Part shown: positions 1 through 11,385 of the stretch, in pieces
Position numbering within the stretch: the stretch's first letter is position 1
Layout of the letters: each line of letters begins with the position of its first letter
Assembly (NCBI GenBank): GCA_965637545.1
Contig: OZ281494.1
Location: forward strand, 8,928,001 to 8,992,000
Source of the DNA: Phallusia mammillata
Lineage: Eukaryota
Reading direction: 5' to 3'
DNA length: 64,000 nucleotides
Position numbers and translations under genes: made by a program
The notes under the pieces: generated by a model
What the model was told of the DNA's origin: nothing
Seen by the model: only the letters and a program-made list of their open reading frames with translations
Database searches by the model: none

Positions 1-104
1 TAACTGATAATAATTATGTTCAAGTGCCAAAGGTATTTGTGTTCCATTTTTAAAGACTAACAGCTGTTTTTTATGTGGACTTTGAAACTGCACTTTTAAA
101 TGAC

Positions 105-272
105 ATCAAGTTTAAAGAGCTCTTCTGGCAAATGCGATTTTATTCCGACGTTTCGACTTCCTATACAGGTCGTCTTCATTAGGGTAAATAACACTGAATG
201 CGACTAGTACATTGTACGATAAACAAAGGAAAAAATAAATCGCATTTGCCAGAAGAGCTCTTTAAACTTGAT
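105..272 (-). mobile_element. Penelope-like element (PLE) terminal-repeat relic with an inverted duplication of its 3' end
   Basis: About 39-bp inverted arms 105-143 and 234-272 (atcaagtttaaagagctcttctggcaaatgcgatttta and its reverse complement, 1 indel). The minus strand reads ccctaatgaagac-(loop)-gtcgaaacgtcgg-AATAAA-arm, i.e. a hammerhead-like core followed by a polyA signal, as in PLE pseudo-LTRs. A partial arm recurs at 35814-35840. Confidence 0.6.
145..184 (-). ncRNA. Degenerate minimal hammerhead ribozyme motif (CUAAUGA instead of CUGAUGA)
   Basis: The minus strand reads CCCUAAUGA-A-GAC-gaccuguauaggaa-GUC-GAAAC-GUCGG. Stem II (GAC/GUC) and GAAA are present. Core G5 is replaced by A, so it is probably inactive. 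Confidence 0.5.
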
Positions 273-374
273 ACCATGCCTGGCAGCAATAGCTTATATT
301 TTAAATGACATGTTCAGAAAAAAGGTCGGCCACTCTCATTATAACTGCTTGCTATTTCATACAGCCTCCCACAG

Positions 375-1317
375 GAGACTTTATACACACGAGTTGCGAC
401 TCTTCAGGACCTGACCCGAAAAATCGTCTCAACGTCGAAAGCAGTCGCATCCAAGTACAACGAGAATATATGCGAGATGAAAGTCGTAAAGTAAGGTTTC
501 ATTAATACAACAAAATATGTAAGAGCCTGACATGCATTTTTTTCATCACAAAGATGTTGTAAGCTAAAAAATAGTAGACCAAAGTATTTATTAAGAATAC
601 AGATAGGTCAAAACTGCCATGTGCCTTGTTCGCATGAGAAATAAAAGAGTTGCTTTTTTGCTCTATTCTGCAGAACAAATGTGAATTGGCTTGTCTCCTT
701 TAATGTTGTGTTTAATTGCAGAACGTAAAAAGACTATTTTACGCAACATTAGATGTGATACCCTGTGGCCGCTCACCCGTACATGTGCAGTATGGATTTT
801 TCACCAATGTTTTTGCAACAATGAGATTTTTAAACGCTGCGAATATGTCAGCAGGGCACAATTGCGCATGCGCGCAGTTTTATAGGTGTTAGAGGCTGGG
901 ACGTATCAGGTAGAGCTACTATCATGAGAACTCATATCAGCCAAATATCGGTATTTATTAGCAAACCTTTCCTGATGTAAGTTTTTACGTTGATATAATT
1001 TCTGAAACGCAACCTCTGCGGTTTCATCAACAGCTTAATTTAATAAATGGTAAACTTGGTCTTATTTTTCATGCAGCAATTGCCTTCGCGAAAACATAGA
1101 GTCCCTCAAGAGCGACGCAAGCGGAAATGATGAGCGAAAAAACGAAATCGAAAAGTCGCTTCGACGGCGGCTTCGCGAAGTTGGAGAAGAAAGAGATTTG
1201 CGAACAGACGAACTACAAGCTGAACAAAGAAAAACACGAACTCTTTGCGATCGCATTGAAGTTTTAAATGAGCAAATTCGACAATTGCGGTCTTCTGAAC
1301 GAAATGCCAATCGTTAA
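375..1317 (+). CDS. 3' end of an unidentified coiled-coil protein gene (last two coding exons; gene starts upstream of the window)
   Basis: Exons 375-490 (cacag|...aa|gtaagg) and 1077-1317 (atgcag|...taa) join in phase 2: ETLYTRVATLQDLTRKIVSTSKAVASKYNENICEMKVVNNCLRENIESLKSDASGNDERKNEIEKSLRRRLREVGEERDLRTDELQAEQRKTRTLCDRIEVLNEQIRQLRSSERNANR*. The sequence is E/K/R/L-rich and heptad-like. I do not recognise the family. Confidence 0.7.
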
Positions 1318-1320
1318 CAG

Positions 1321-1709
1321 TAGGGATGTGCCAAAACTGTTAATGTTCTGTTTGGTCGAGCATCTCACATTAATGCTCGGTGCTCAGCCGAGCACGCTCG
1401 GTGCATTGTGACGTCACAAAAAATCCCCTTCCTACGTTTTAGCTTTACAAGGTCTCTTACGTCACCAGCAGTGTATTAAGCTGTACATGCCCATGAAGTA
1501 CGCGTTTTCCATCTAATGCATTTGAAAAATTATTCGTTTTTGTTCATAGAAATCATTTCGAACACTAGTTACGTGTGATAGCAGGGCATGAATATGCAAA
1601 TTTAACGCTCGGGTGAGTTTGTGCAACTGCTCGGCCGAGCACCGAGCATTGAAAACAACGATGCTCGGTACCGAGTACTCCGGTTCTGGCTCGGCTCGGC
1701 CCATCCCTA
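1321..1709. mobile_element. hAT (Ac-type) MITE, 389 bp, inserted immediately after the stop codon of the coiled-coil gene
   Basis: TIRs tagggatgtgcc / ggcccatcccta; perfect 8-bp TSD gttaacag (1313-1320, 1710-1717); many subterminal gctcgg/ccgagc repeats; second copy inverted at 53152-53533. Confidence 0.93.
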
Positions 1710-2552
1710 GTTAACAGATATAAGTGATTTAATTGTAAATTCTTTACTACAAATTTTAAACACATAAAAACCCTTTTTTCAACAGGCGGTAAAGTTTAGT
1801 TTTAAAATGACAAGAAAGATGGATTACAAAATGCAAATAACACTCTTTGTGGTATCATGTTGTAGTACTAACCCTTTGTTGATAACCAACCATTCTTAAA
1901 CTCCTTTCGTGAATCTCATACAGAGCCAAGATTTCATGTGAGCATGTAACATTGCATCACCCTTTTCAGGTCTGCTGCAGTGATCGTCTACTCCCAAAAT
2001 AGCATATTATCTCTGGTTTGAAAAGCGACAGTGTATTTGTTCACTTAACGCGTTGATTAATTGAGAAATATTAGGCTTCGTTTTGTTGTCAACTTTTTGT
2101 GTGACCGAACTTTGCTTTACAGTTTACACCGCCATTTTCGCAAAAACAATAAACCATGTATCTTTTGTTGATGTTTTTTCCCTTTTATTTTGCTGGATGG
2201 CTTCATATGCTACCGAAAAGCTTTCAATGTTCAGTGCAACTACAGAAAAACAGTTTGCTGTAATACGTGTAGCAACGATGTTGTTGCTGTCAATACGCTG
2301 ACGTTACCAAGGAAAGCTTTGTACGAAATCAAAGTGGATTTTTTGGGGGCGGTTTCTTGACCTAATTTTAGCTGTTAGCAAGTGACTAATAGATATGTAT
2401 CTATCGGCAAAAAAGGTTATATTTAAGTCAGAAAAAAAACACCAGCGCTAATACGCAAACAACGGGGCGCAAATTAAACAAATCCACCAAGCAAATAAAT
2501 CTAGCATGATGCAATATTGGTGCCACAGAAAACATAGTATTGCGCCAGAATC

Positions 2553-2565
2553 TGACCTCTGACCC
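2553..2565 (-). promoter_or_regulatory. Nuclear-receptor DR1-type element in the putative GTPBP2 promoter
   Basis: TGACCT-C-TGACCC (minus: GGGTCA-G-AGGTCA) in a CpG-containing region about 550 bp upstream of the GTPBP2 ATG. Motif match only. Confidence 0.3.
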
Positions 2566-3113
2566 CGCTACGTTATAAATACGTGTTCGGCCTCTGCATA
2601 TCGGCGAGTGGTTTAGTCACCGTTCGTTTGTTTACAGACGTGATCAGCTGTTCGAGCGTACACTGTGGTTGTGGTTTTAATTTGATTGTTGCATTGTTTT
2701 GGCTGGGATTTGTTTAATGCTCTTTGCTTGGGCGCTAATTGTCTGTGGTGAAGTAAATTCGTCGGAATAGATCGAAACGCTCTTTTTTAAGCCATATTTG
2801 TATATTTGTTGCCCAAAAAATATAATTGTGTTCAAGTAGTAAGTAACCTGGAACTTGAAGGTAGTATATTTAAATTCAATATTTTTTGCTGCAGTTTGAA
2901 AACAGAATCAGCTTTTTTTCAAGAACTTTGTGATTTTATTTCATATTGATGATGTTGTTATTTCAGCAATAGAACTAAATGCAATAGTGAAATTCTCGTC
3001 AAGCCTGCCATGGCAGTTAAGTTGTGAAGAAATCAAGCAAGATAAAGATGTTAATAAGAACAATGAACTAAAACACTAACTTGACCAAGAGTCTTGGTTG
3101 TTTGTACATAAAT

Positions 3114-6100
3114 ATGGCGCAACCGCAAAATACTAATTCTGTACCTCTGCACAATAATAACAAAGCCATACAAGACAAGAAATTGAAGGAATCACTAAAA
3201 ATGGAACTGAACAATCTTCCTCCAGAGGTAGTTTGTTTTCATAAAAAATGGCTGAAAACTAAAGGGGGCATCATAATAAAGAACAGTGAATACTATGTTT
3301 TCAAATATATATAAATAAGAAATTGACCAATCTTGTCCATTAACATTTCTTGGATTGCATTATGACAAATCTGCGAAGTGCATGTTTTATTGTTTTATCT
3401 CACATCAAATCAAATCTTCATTGGTAGACTGTAGAGGTTTTATGTAAACATTTAAAATTACCTTACAACACTATTTAAATTCTGACCCCCCACAGCCATA
3501 CAAGTACCATTAGAATACTGTATGGTATTAAGAAATGTTGCAATACTGTTAGAAAATTAACAACCTCACCAATGTTAATCTGTTTTCCTGACTTAAAAAA
3601 TGTTGATTAATTATATTTAAGATTTGCCTGTAGTGACAATTTTTTTACGTTTATTTTATGATTTACTGTTGGTTTCTGTTTCATAACAGGAAGAGGAGGG
3701 AAACATCGAATACAAGTTAAAGCTGATTAACCCGACCTCATCCCGCCTTGAACACCTTGTTACACAAATGAAATGGCGACTGCAGGAAGGCCAGGGAGAG
3801 GCGATATACAAAATTGGTGTTGAAGACAATGGCATTTGCTCTGGACTTACTGACAGTGAATTGGAATCGACCATGAATACCCTTAAAAGCATGTCTGAAA
3901 AGTACATGTGTATTTTTTTGCTTTTTTATATTTTTTATATAGACTCAAGACATGTAGAGTACAATAACAATCAACAGAAAACTACAAATGTAAACTAATT
4001 GTATGATTTCACTGTAGGATTGGAGCAGATCTAACCACTTTAAGAAAACGGGAAGTAAATTCTGAGGCATTGGGGATCAGAAAACAGGTGGCAGAAATTC
4101 TAGTTAGAAAAGTACCGGATGACCAGCAGGTAAACTCTTCTTTAAAAATGATTGACTTTATGCCACAAGTTCGGAACCATTTATTTCCAGCCTAAATGTG
4201 TTTTTTTGCTTTATGGCATTTTAATTGAAACAAACATGTTTCGCTAGTATAGCACCATCAGTGTCTATAAAAAACAACACACAAGGGGTTAAACATAGAA
4301 AAGGCTTATATTACTATCCCAAACACGACCATTGCACAACCGAAAGCCTTGCAGCCTAAACAAACTGTAAACATGCCGCTGATTGACTTAATTTGCGTAA
4401 GCTTTAATTTTTGTTTTTGCAAATATACACACAGTTTTTGGACATCCGAATTTCGGTACTTGGAAACGCTGATGTAGGAAAGTCCACCCTTCTTGGTGTT
4501 TTAACACACGGTGAACATGACAATGGAAGGGGAAGGGCAAGGCTAAATCTGTTTCGACATTTGCATGAAATTCAATCTGGCAGAACATCATGCATTAGTC
4601 ACGAAATTCTTGGCTTTGATAGCAAAGGAAATGTGAGTCCAATTTAAATTTGATGATTTGTTATCTTCAGTATTAAAAATAACCAAATAAGGGAAAATTG
4701 AGTAACGATTTGTCAAACGCAAGCCATTGTCATTTGCATCAGATGATTTTGTATATCATTGTTGGTTCTTTTATGATAGTGTCTTATGTGGTTTCTAAAG
4801 CCCTTTTTGGCAATAAACTAGAATGTTATTATTAATGATAGACTAATCACAGATTGGGTTTTAGTATGCAATAAAACAAAACTCTTAAATAGCCTAAAAA
4901 ATGTGAAATGATTATATAAATGTTCGATATTATTAGAAGCAAGCGTTGAATATATATTGTTCTGCAAGTAAGTTTAAATAATCCCCCAATTTTGTTGTCA
5001 TAAGTGTTATGTAGCATAGTTTATTTATGATGTTTGGTGTAAGTTTTCAAATACAAAAGTATTTTTAAACCTTTACACTCAATCAGGTGATCAACTACAG
5101 TGAATCAAGAACTGCGGAAGAAATCTGTTCAGCAGCATCGAAGATTATTACATTTATTGATCTCGCCGGTCATCACAAATACCTCAAGACTACTATTTTT
5201 GGCCTGACCTCTCATCATCCTGACTTTGCTGTGGTGGTTGTCAGTGCTAATCGCGGTGTAGGTAAGTTCATGTAGTGTTGCAAGCTTGAAGGTCAAGACA
5301 CATAACACTTTTGGTTATAAATTATGCATACTTTCATGTTGCTGATCTGCTATAGCAGTGGTTCCCAAGCTATTTTGGATGCGACTTAAATAGTTCTAAA
5401 AAAATTTTGTTGATTTTGGTGACCAATGGATGTGCATTATTACTATTTTAGTTGTATTTGTGTCTGGTTTTTATAAAAAAATACTATGCCAGTTTGGAAA
5501 TGTTAATTCAAAGATCAAAGAGATACTATATTCTTTTTTCAACCAAACATTCCCATTCAGCGAGAACTTTAGAGCGGGTATGGTGCATTATCAGCCAGAC
5601 AACCATTAAACAACAAACTGCATATGACATTACAAACAAAATCAACCATGAATATGTCAAAGAAAGTTGTCTTTAATCAGTATGATCTCTTAAAAAGTCT
5701 CTTAAACGCTGTTAAAAATATTAGCAATCATTTTGTGTGTGTGTGTTTTCTAGCTGGGACAACCAGGGAGCATCTTGGTCTTGCCATGGCCCTTGGTGTT
5801 CCAATAATTGCCGTTGTGACAAAAATGGATTTGTGCCCTACCTCAGTATCAGACCGGGCATGTCGACAACTTGAACAGCTTCTTACATCTGCTGTGTGCT
5901 CGAAAATTCCATTTCGAGTTAGATCGGAAGATGATGCATACAGCGCTGCTGCTGCGATGGCTGGAGAGAAGTATGCAAAAACTTTGTAGGAACTAATTGC
6001 TGATTAATCTGATGTATAAATAAACTCAATAAGTGGTAATATTTCCTTGTCATTAGTTGTAATGACATTGATGAAGCTTCTATACACGAAGCAGTCAACA

Positions 6101-9100
6101 CGAAACTTATATATTTTACGCTTGTGGGCATCATCAGTTTATGTTCAAATAAGTTCCATGCCAGATTGTGTTTATGTTGTTGCAAAGCCCAAGGGCACAT
6201 TTTCTTGCTTGTTACAGGAAACCATAAATTTGGTTTTGTTTTAAATTTTAGCAACAAGGTTGTTCCAGTATTCACAGTATCCAGTGTGACAGGAAAAAAT
6301 CTGTCACTGCTCACCACATTTTTTAATGTTCTTATGCCACAAAAGAATGTCAGGGAGCAGGAAAAACTTATGCAGAAGCCAGCAGAATTCCAGGTACAAA
6401 TATATAATATATATATATATATGCCACTGTACAAAAAATCATATACGGTAAACCTTGGTTAATCTGGACTTGTTTGAACCAAAAAATGTCCAGATTAGGT
6501 GAAGATCCATATTAACCGATGTCGATTAGTTCAAGCCTTACCACATCACAAATCATTTGTACCTCAAGTTTTGTCTGAATTAGGTGAAGATCCGGATTAA
6601 TCGAATCCAGTTTAACCGTGGTTTACTGTATATATACTGAACTACTGTACATGAAATCGAAATTGATCTGTGTAACCAAAACGTTTTCAAACACTTGTTT
6701 TTTGAACTGAACTGTGTAAATTATTTGTGTTTGGAAATTAGCTAAACAAATTCATAACACGGTTGAATCATGTCACACTGGTGTGGTTCGGTTTGTTGTA
6801 TGATGATGTCAGAAATTCGTCACATAAGTGCTTAATTTCCTGTCCCTGACAATCTAGACTTGCATTCATAGAAACTGCCTGATCCCTGCCAGTTTCGGAA
6901 GTTTATGTTATGGTACGAACCCTGACAGTCTAATCACATTAAAAATTAAGAAATCACAACAAGTTGACATATATCAGCAACAAATAGCATCTTTACACGT
7001 TTTTACATAGCATTAATAGAGCAAAACCATTAGAAACAACAGCGAAAAAAAAATGAAACAACTAAACTAGTTTATAGCATAAGATTAAAGCCTGACCACT
7101 GCCTAGCTCTATCCTTAATACAGAGTGTGGAAAAATACATCTTTGGTGTCAAAGTAGACTTCGAAAGTTTTGGACTGTTATGGTGATTATGGTTGGAAAA
7201 TTTAAAAAAAATATGCTTGCACTAAAATAACCCAAAATATCCTAATCCCACAGCGTTAACAATTACAACGAATTTATATAATTTTGTCCTCTCAAACAAG
7301 AAAATCAACACAAATCTGGTTTAAGTTGGTCACATCAGTGTAGGCAATTGCCGCAAGCGCACCATACTTTAAAGCTATGTTTGTTTTGACAAAAGCTTAC
7401 AATGTATACAAAGGTAGATGAGGTGTTTACGGTGCCTGAAGTCGGGGCGGTGGTGGGAGGAACCCTTTACCATGGGACACTGGCAGAGAAAGACAGCTTG
7501 CTGATTGGCCCGACTACCGAAGGACGTTACTTGCCTGTGCGAGTCACAACAATACAGAGAAACCGGGCGCCCTGTCGTATTGTACGCGCCGGGCAGGCTG
7601 CTTCTTTGTCGTTGGACGAAGTTGATAAAGACGACATACGAAAGGTGAGGGTTGAAACACGATCACCGATATACAGTGTTTATGTTTTTTCTTCCTCTTT
7701 GTGATTGCGAAGTACTGAATGACACACGGCTGGGGACTGGGTGGCTACATACAAACTTTAAATAGGTTTAAAGAAATAGCAAATCAACTTTTATGTATTG
7801 GTTTTAAGAAAAAAATAATAAAAAGTTTTTATTCCGATTTTGTGCTATGTTCATTAAATGATTGCAGCAAGACTACATAGGAGTGTTTTGTTTAGTTATT
7901 TCCAGCTATTTCGATTTCGGAAGTTTGGCCTTATTGTTTGGGGCATCATTTCCGAGCATTGATGAAAACGCAGTGTTTGCGCGTGAGAATTTTTTGTTGT
8001 GTGTATCCTTTGAACTAAAAGTGCTGTTTGTTTCTACTTCACAAGGCATGTTCCTTCAATATTGCTTCATGATGTGTCTGTACACACAGGCTCTCTAAAT
8101 ACACTAAGGCCCGGTGAGCAATATGTGATGTTAAACCCATTAAGGCTATTTTGCGATCTATGACTCTGCGAGCAGTGCGCAATTGCCCAGCCGCGCACCA
8201 TGAAACGAACTTTGCTATTACCAGTAACGTTGTCTTTAAATATATCGATTGAAGAAAACGGGCCTGAACCCGCAGGTAACGATTGCAATGTGCTCTACAG
8301 GGAATGGTCATTGTTAGCGAGAGGTTGGAGCCAAGCTGCTGCCTGCGTTTCGAAGCGACCGCCTACCTGCTGTACCATCCAACCAGCGCTCTATCTGTGG
8401 GTTTTCAATGCACAGTGCATGCGGGAAACGTACGACAAACCGCAGTTGTTGAAAGCATTGCAAATGAAGAGGTACGAACTATTGTTGAAATGCGTGTGAA
8501 TTGACAGAACGTGTCACTCGAGTGGTTGAGCCTACGTGTGTAACTCGAGATGACCGGTTGACATTTGTGATACGTGTTACTACAGTTTCTGTCTTCGGCT
8601 AGAACGTAATTATCAGTACGGATTTTATCAAATGCAACGCACTAGCTGTAAGGCAACAAAATACTTTTAGCGTTTTGTAAAACTCAGTTTTTAGGATTTT
8701 TTAAAAAACCATGTCACAACCAGGGTTTTTTTAAGGTTTGGTTTGGGTGACCGCTAAGTAGTTTTAAGAGACCGCAAGTGTTTCATTTAAATACCAAAAA
8801 CTGTAGTTGTAGTTGCAAGTCCAAATGTTGGGAAACCGCTGGAGAAATTTGGGGAACCGTTTCGGTCCCCAAAAACACCTTAAAAAAACACTGGTGACAC
8901 AACAATGGTGTTGTCGTGTCCTATTGATTTAGTATTGCTAAAATTTCTAACTTGTATGAACCAATTGATGCTTTAAGCCAACGCATGACTTGTAATAACC
9001 TATGCACCACATTGATTACACACACATTATTTTGAGTCATTGTATGTGATACATTGATTGCTTGCTTAAGACAACACAGCACCACGCAGATAACTGGTTC

Positions 9101-9810
9101 AAATCGCCAAGCACGCCACTTAACCACGTTTTTTTGGCTTAAACAGAAGGGGTTCGAATGTGTTTGGGTCTCGCAAATGTGTTACCTAGCGTTTTGACTC
9201 GATCTATACTACCAAAGTACTCCATTCACTCCCAAAGAGTATGGGGTGTCGTTCAAAATCGAATCGGGAATTAAACCTGTGTTATTGTTGTTGCTTTAAA
9301 GCTGAAAAATACTGCTGTATATTGCTTACACAGCATGTTAAATCTCTATTTTAATACGATACGCCCAAGCCATAAAATAATAAGGCGCATCTAGATAGGC
9401 CCGAAGTTGGCAATGGATCCAGAAAACTCCATGAACCTGCACTTTTATTCCCCAGGCCGTATTTTTTTACATTTTGTTTGGCTAAACATAGGTGTGTTTG
9501 TTTTTATGTATAGGAGTCACTACGTCTGAACGAGCAAGCGTGCATTACTTTTCGCTTTGTGTGTTCGCCGGAATACATCAGAACGGGATCCACGCTGATA
9601 TTCCGTGAGCGCTCGACCAAGGGCATCGGTCAGGTGACAAAAGTCATGCCTTTCAGCTCGTCTGACTTCTGCCAGCCACGACACAAACACCGACGCAGGT
9701 TTGCCAGTTCAGGGTCGCTCTCTAGCCCCACCTCTTCCTCGTCAAACTCAGATGACTCCCCAACACAGAGTCGACCGTTTTCTCCCAAACGACAACACCT
9801 AGAGCGATGA
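3114..9810 (+). CDS. GTPBP2: GTP-binding protein 2 (translational GTPase, ribosome-rescue factor), about 622 aa
   Basis: Exons 3114-3227, 3690-3901, 4018-4129, 4435-4632, 5087-5261, 5754-5970, 6252-6393, 7414-7644, 8301-8471, 9514-9810, all GT-AG and phase-consistent (1869 nt). Motifs: [32 protein letters not shown]1 [10 protein letters not shown]3 DLAGH, G4 [35 protein letters not shown]. Confidence 0.93.
6407..6422. repeat. (AT)n microsatellite
   Basis: About 8 AT units just after the GTPBP2 exon 7 donor. Confidence 0.7.
6446..6628 (+). mobile_element. Tc1/mariner-type MITE, family A copy 1
   Basis: Ends cggtaaacc...ggtttactg, flanked by TA; internal repeated ggygaagatccggattaa motif; homologous to copies at 23953, 35144, 53047, 55986 and 57949. 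Confidence 0.85.
8721..8893 (+). mobile_element. hAT-like MITE, family B copy 1 (173 bp)
   Basis: TIRs cagggtttttttaagg / ccttaaaaaaacactg; nearly identical inverted copy at 16850-17023; candidate TSD is imperfect (gtcacaac vs gtgacaca). Confidence 0.85.
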
Positions 9811-10789
9811 GAACTTTTCATGAATGTTTTTGTGTATTTTTTGAAAACATCCTGAGATAAGAACGTTATTTTTGATGATTAACTTTTGTTTGTGACTAAT
9901 TGGTGGATGGCTATGAGCAAGTCTAACGTTCACTTAACATGCATTTTACCACCCTTCCCACACATAAAAACATATATATGGTTCAGTTGGCATTTTAACC
10001 ACCTTTGTTTTCTGAGCTATTTACCTAGCTTCCTAAATTTCTTTGCTTGTATTTCACACAGCTTAGTAGGCTATTTGAAATTAGCCGCATGCTGCCAGAA
10101 ATTTGGTTGAAACAAAATGGTTTTTGTTGTACTCTTCATAATGCATTTGTTGTTGCAATTTATTTGTTTGTGTATTTCATGTTCGTGTCTGTTTTGCAGG
10201 CAAAGCTTTTAGGTCATTTTTTGCTGTACGGTTTTCGTTTTTATGTTGCCCAGCGGTTTTAGTACAAATTTTAACAAATGTTGTTGAATAAGGTGGGATA
10301 GATGACCCCATATTATATGTGTGTAAAAAATGTGTACATAAATAGACATTTATTTTTAAAATGCAACCTGTTTGTTGAATGTCTGCAAACCAAACTTTCG
10401 GCAACTGCCATTTTGCATTGTGTATATAATGTGACTGTGTGTGTAATACTTGGTATGGTGTAGGTTTTAGTGTTCAAATATTGTCACAAAAATTGCTGTA
10501 TGCAATATAAAACACCATTTAAACCATTCTCTACTACATCTACTGGAAAATTAATAACACTGTAACTGACTTCCACTAGAGTTTTCATTGCTATATTGTA
10601 ATGGTAGATTCAAAACAGGGTATAAACATGTATTGTAAATCTTGTGTTTTTAGTGACATATTTTTGTTGGTTTTTCAGTCAGTTATTGTGCTTCTCTTCA
10701 AAATCACTTTTTTCTACTGTGTTCCAACAGATAATGGACAATGTTATTTTTGGAGTAGATCAGTGCAACTGGAAATGAATTATTTGGGG

Positions 10790-10838
10790 AATAAAAGTGA
10801 TATGTGAATGTGAAAATATGCCTGACAAAAGTAATAAA
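10790..10838 (+). terminator. Candidate GTPBP2 polyadenylation signals
   Basis: AATAAA at 10790-10795 and 10833-10838, before the 3' region of the convergent ZBTB gene. Confidence 0.4.
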
Positions 10839-11385
10839 ATTTAAAATTCAATTTTGTCTATTGGTGTAAAGAAGAATGATCCTTGCAGCTATATATATAT
10901 CTTATAGAAAAGCTTCAGTTGTCCTAAAATAGAAATAGTTTTACAATTTTTTTTTTTTTTTCAAAAATTGCGTGTAAACTTGTTGGTTTCATTGCAACAT
11001 TTAAAAAAAGAATACATAGACAAAAATGAAGATAATTGCAAAATATTTTGATATGTGTTTATGCAGTTAATACAAAAATGTTGCACCACAAAAACTGCTG
11101 TAAAATCATGAAGTTTATGATTAAAAACCTAGTGGTTATAAAACTAAAAATCGAAACAGCATAATGCATGAAAAATACATACTGCAGCATGGAAAATATA
11201 CATTGACATGAATAAAAAATAAAGATGCAATAAACACAGTTCAGGTATAAAAAGATATTACAAAAACAGCATAAAATCAAGTTGTTTTGGTTCACCTTTT
11301 TAAAATGCTTGAAGACTTGGCTTTATGGCAGGACTGGCTACAATCAATTTATCAAGTGGTTATGAATACACAAAACATTTGTGAC

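Noticed and set aside
6800-6882. C/D-box snoRNA-like layout in GTPBP2 intron 7 (ATGATGA ... CTGA ... CTGA)
   Set aside because: No terminal stem or clear C' box, and only an 8-nt possible complement to 18S rRNA (GGACAGGA), below the usual 10 nt or more.
8510-8560. tRNA/SINE-head-like text (cgagtggttgagcc...gaccggtt), and a similar stretch at 9080-9127 on the minus strand
   Set aside because: No cloverleaf and no intact B box; at most a decayed SINE that I cannot support.
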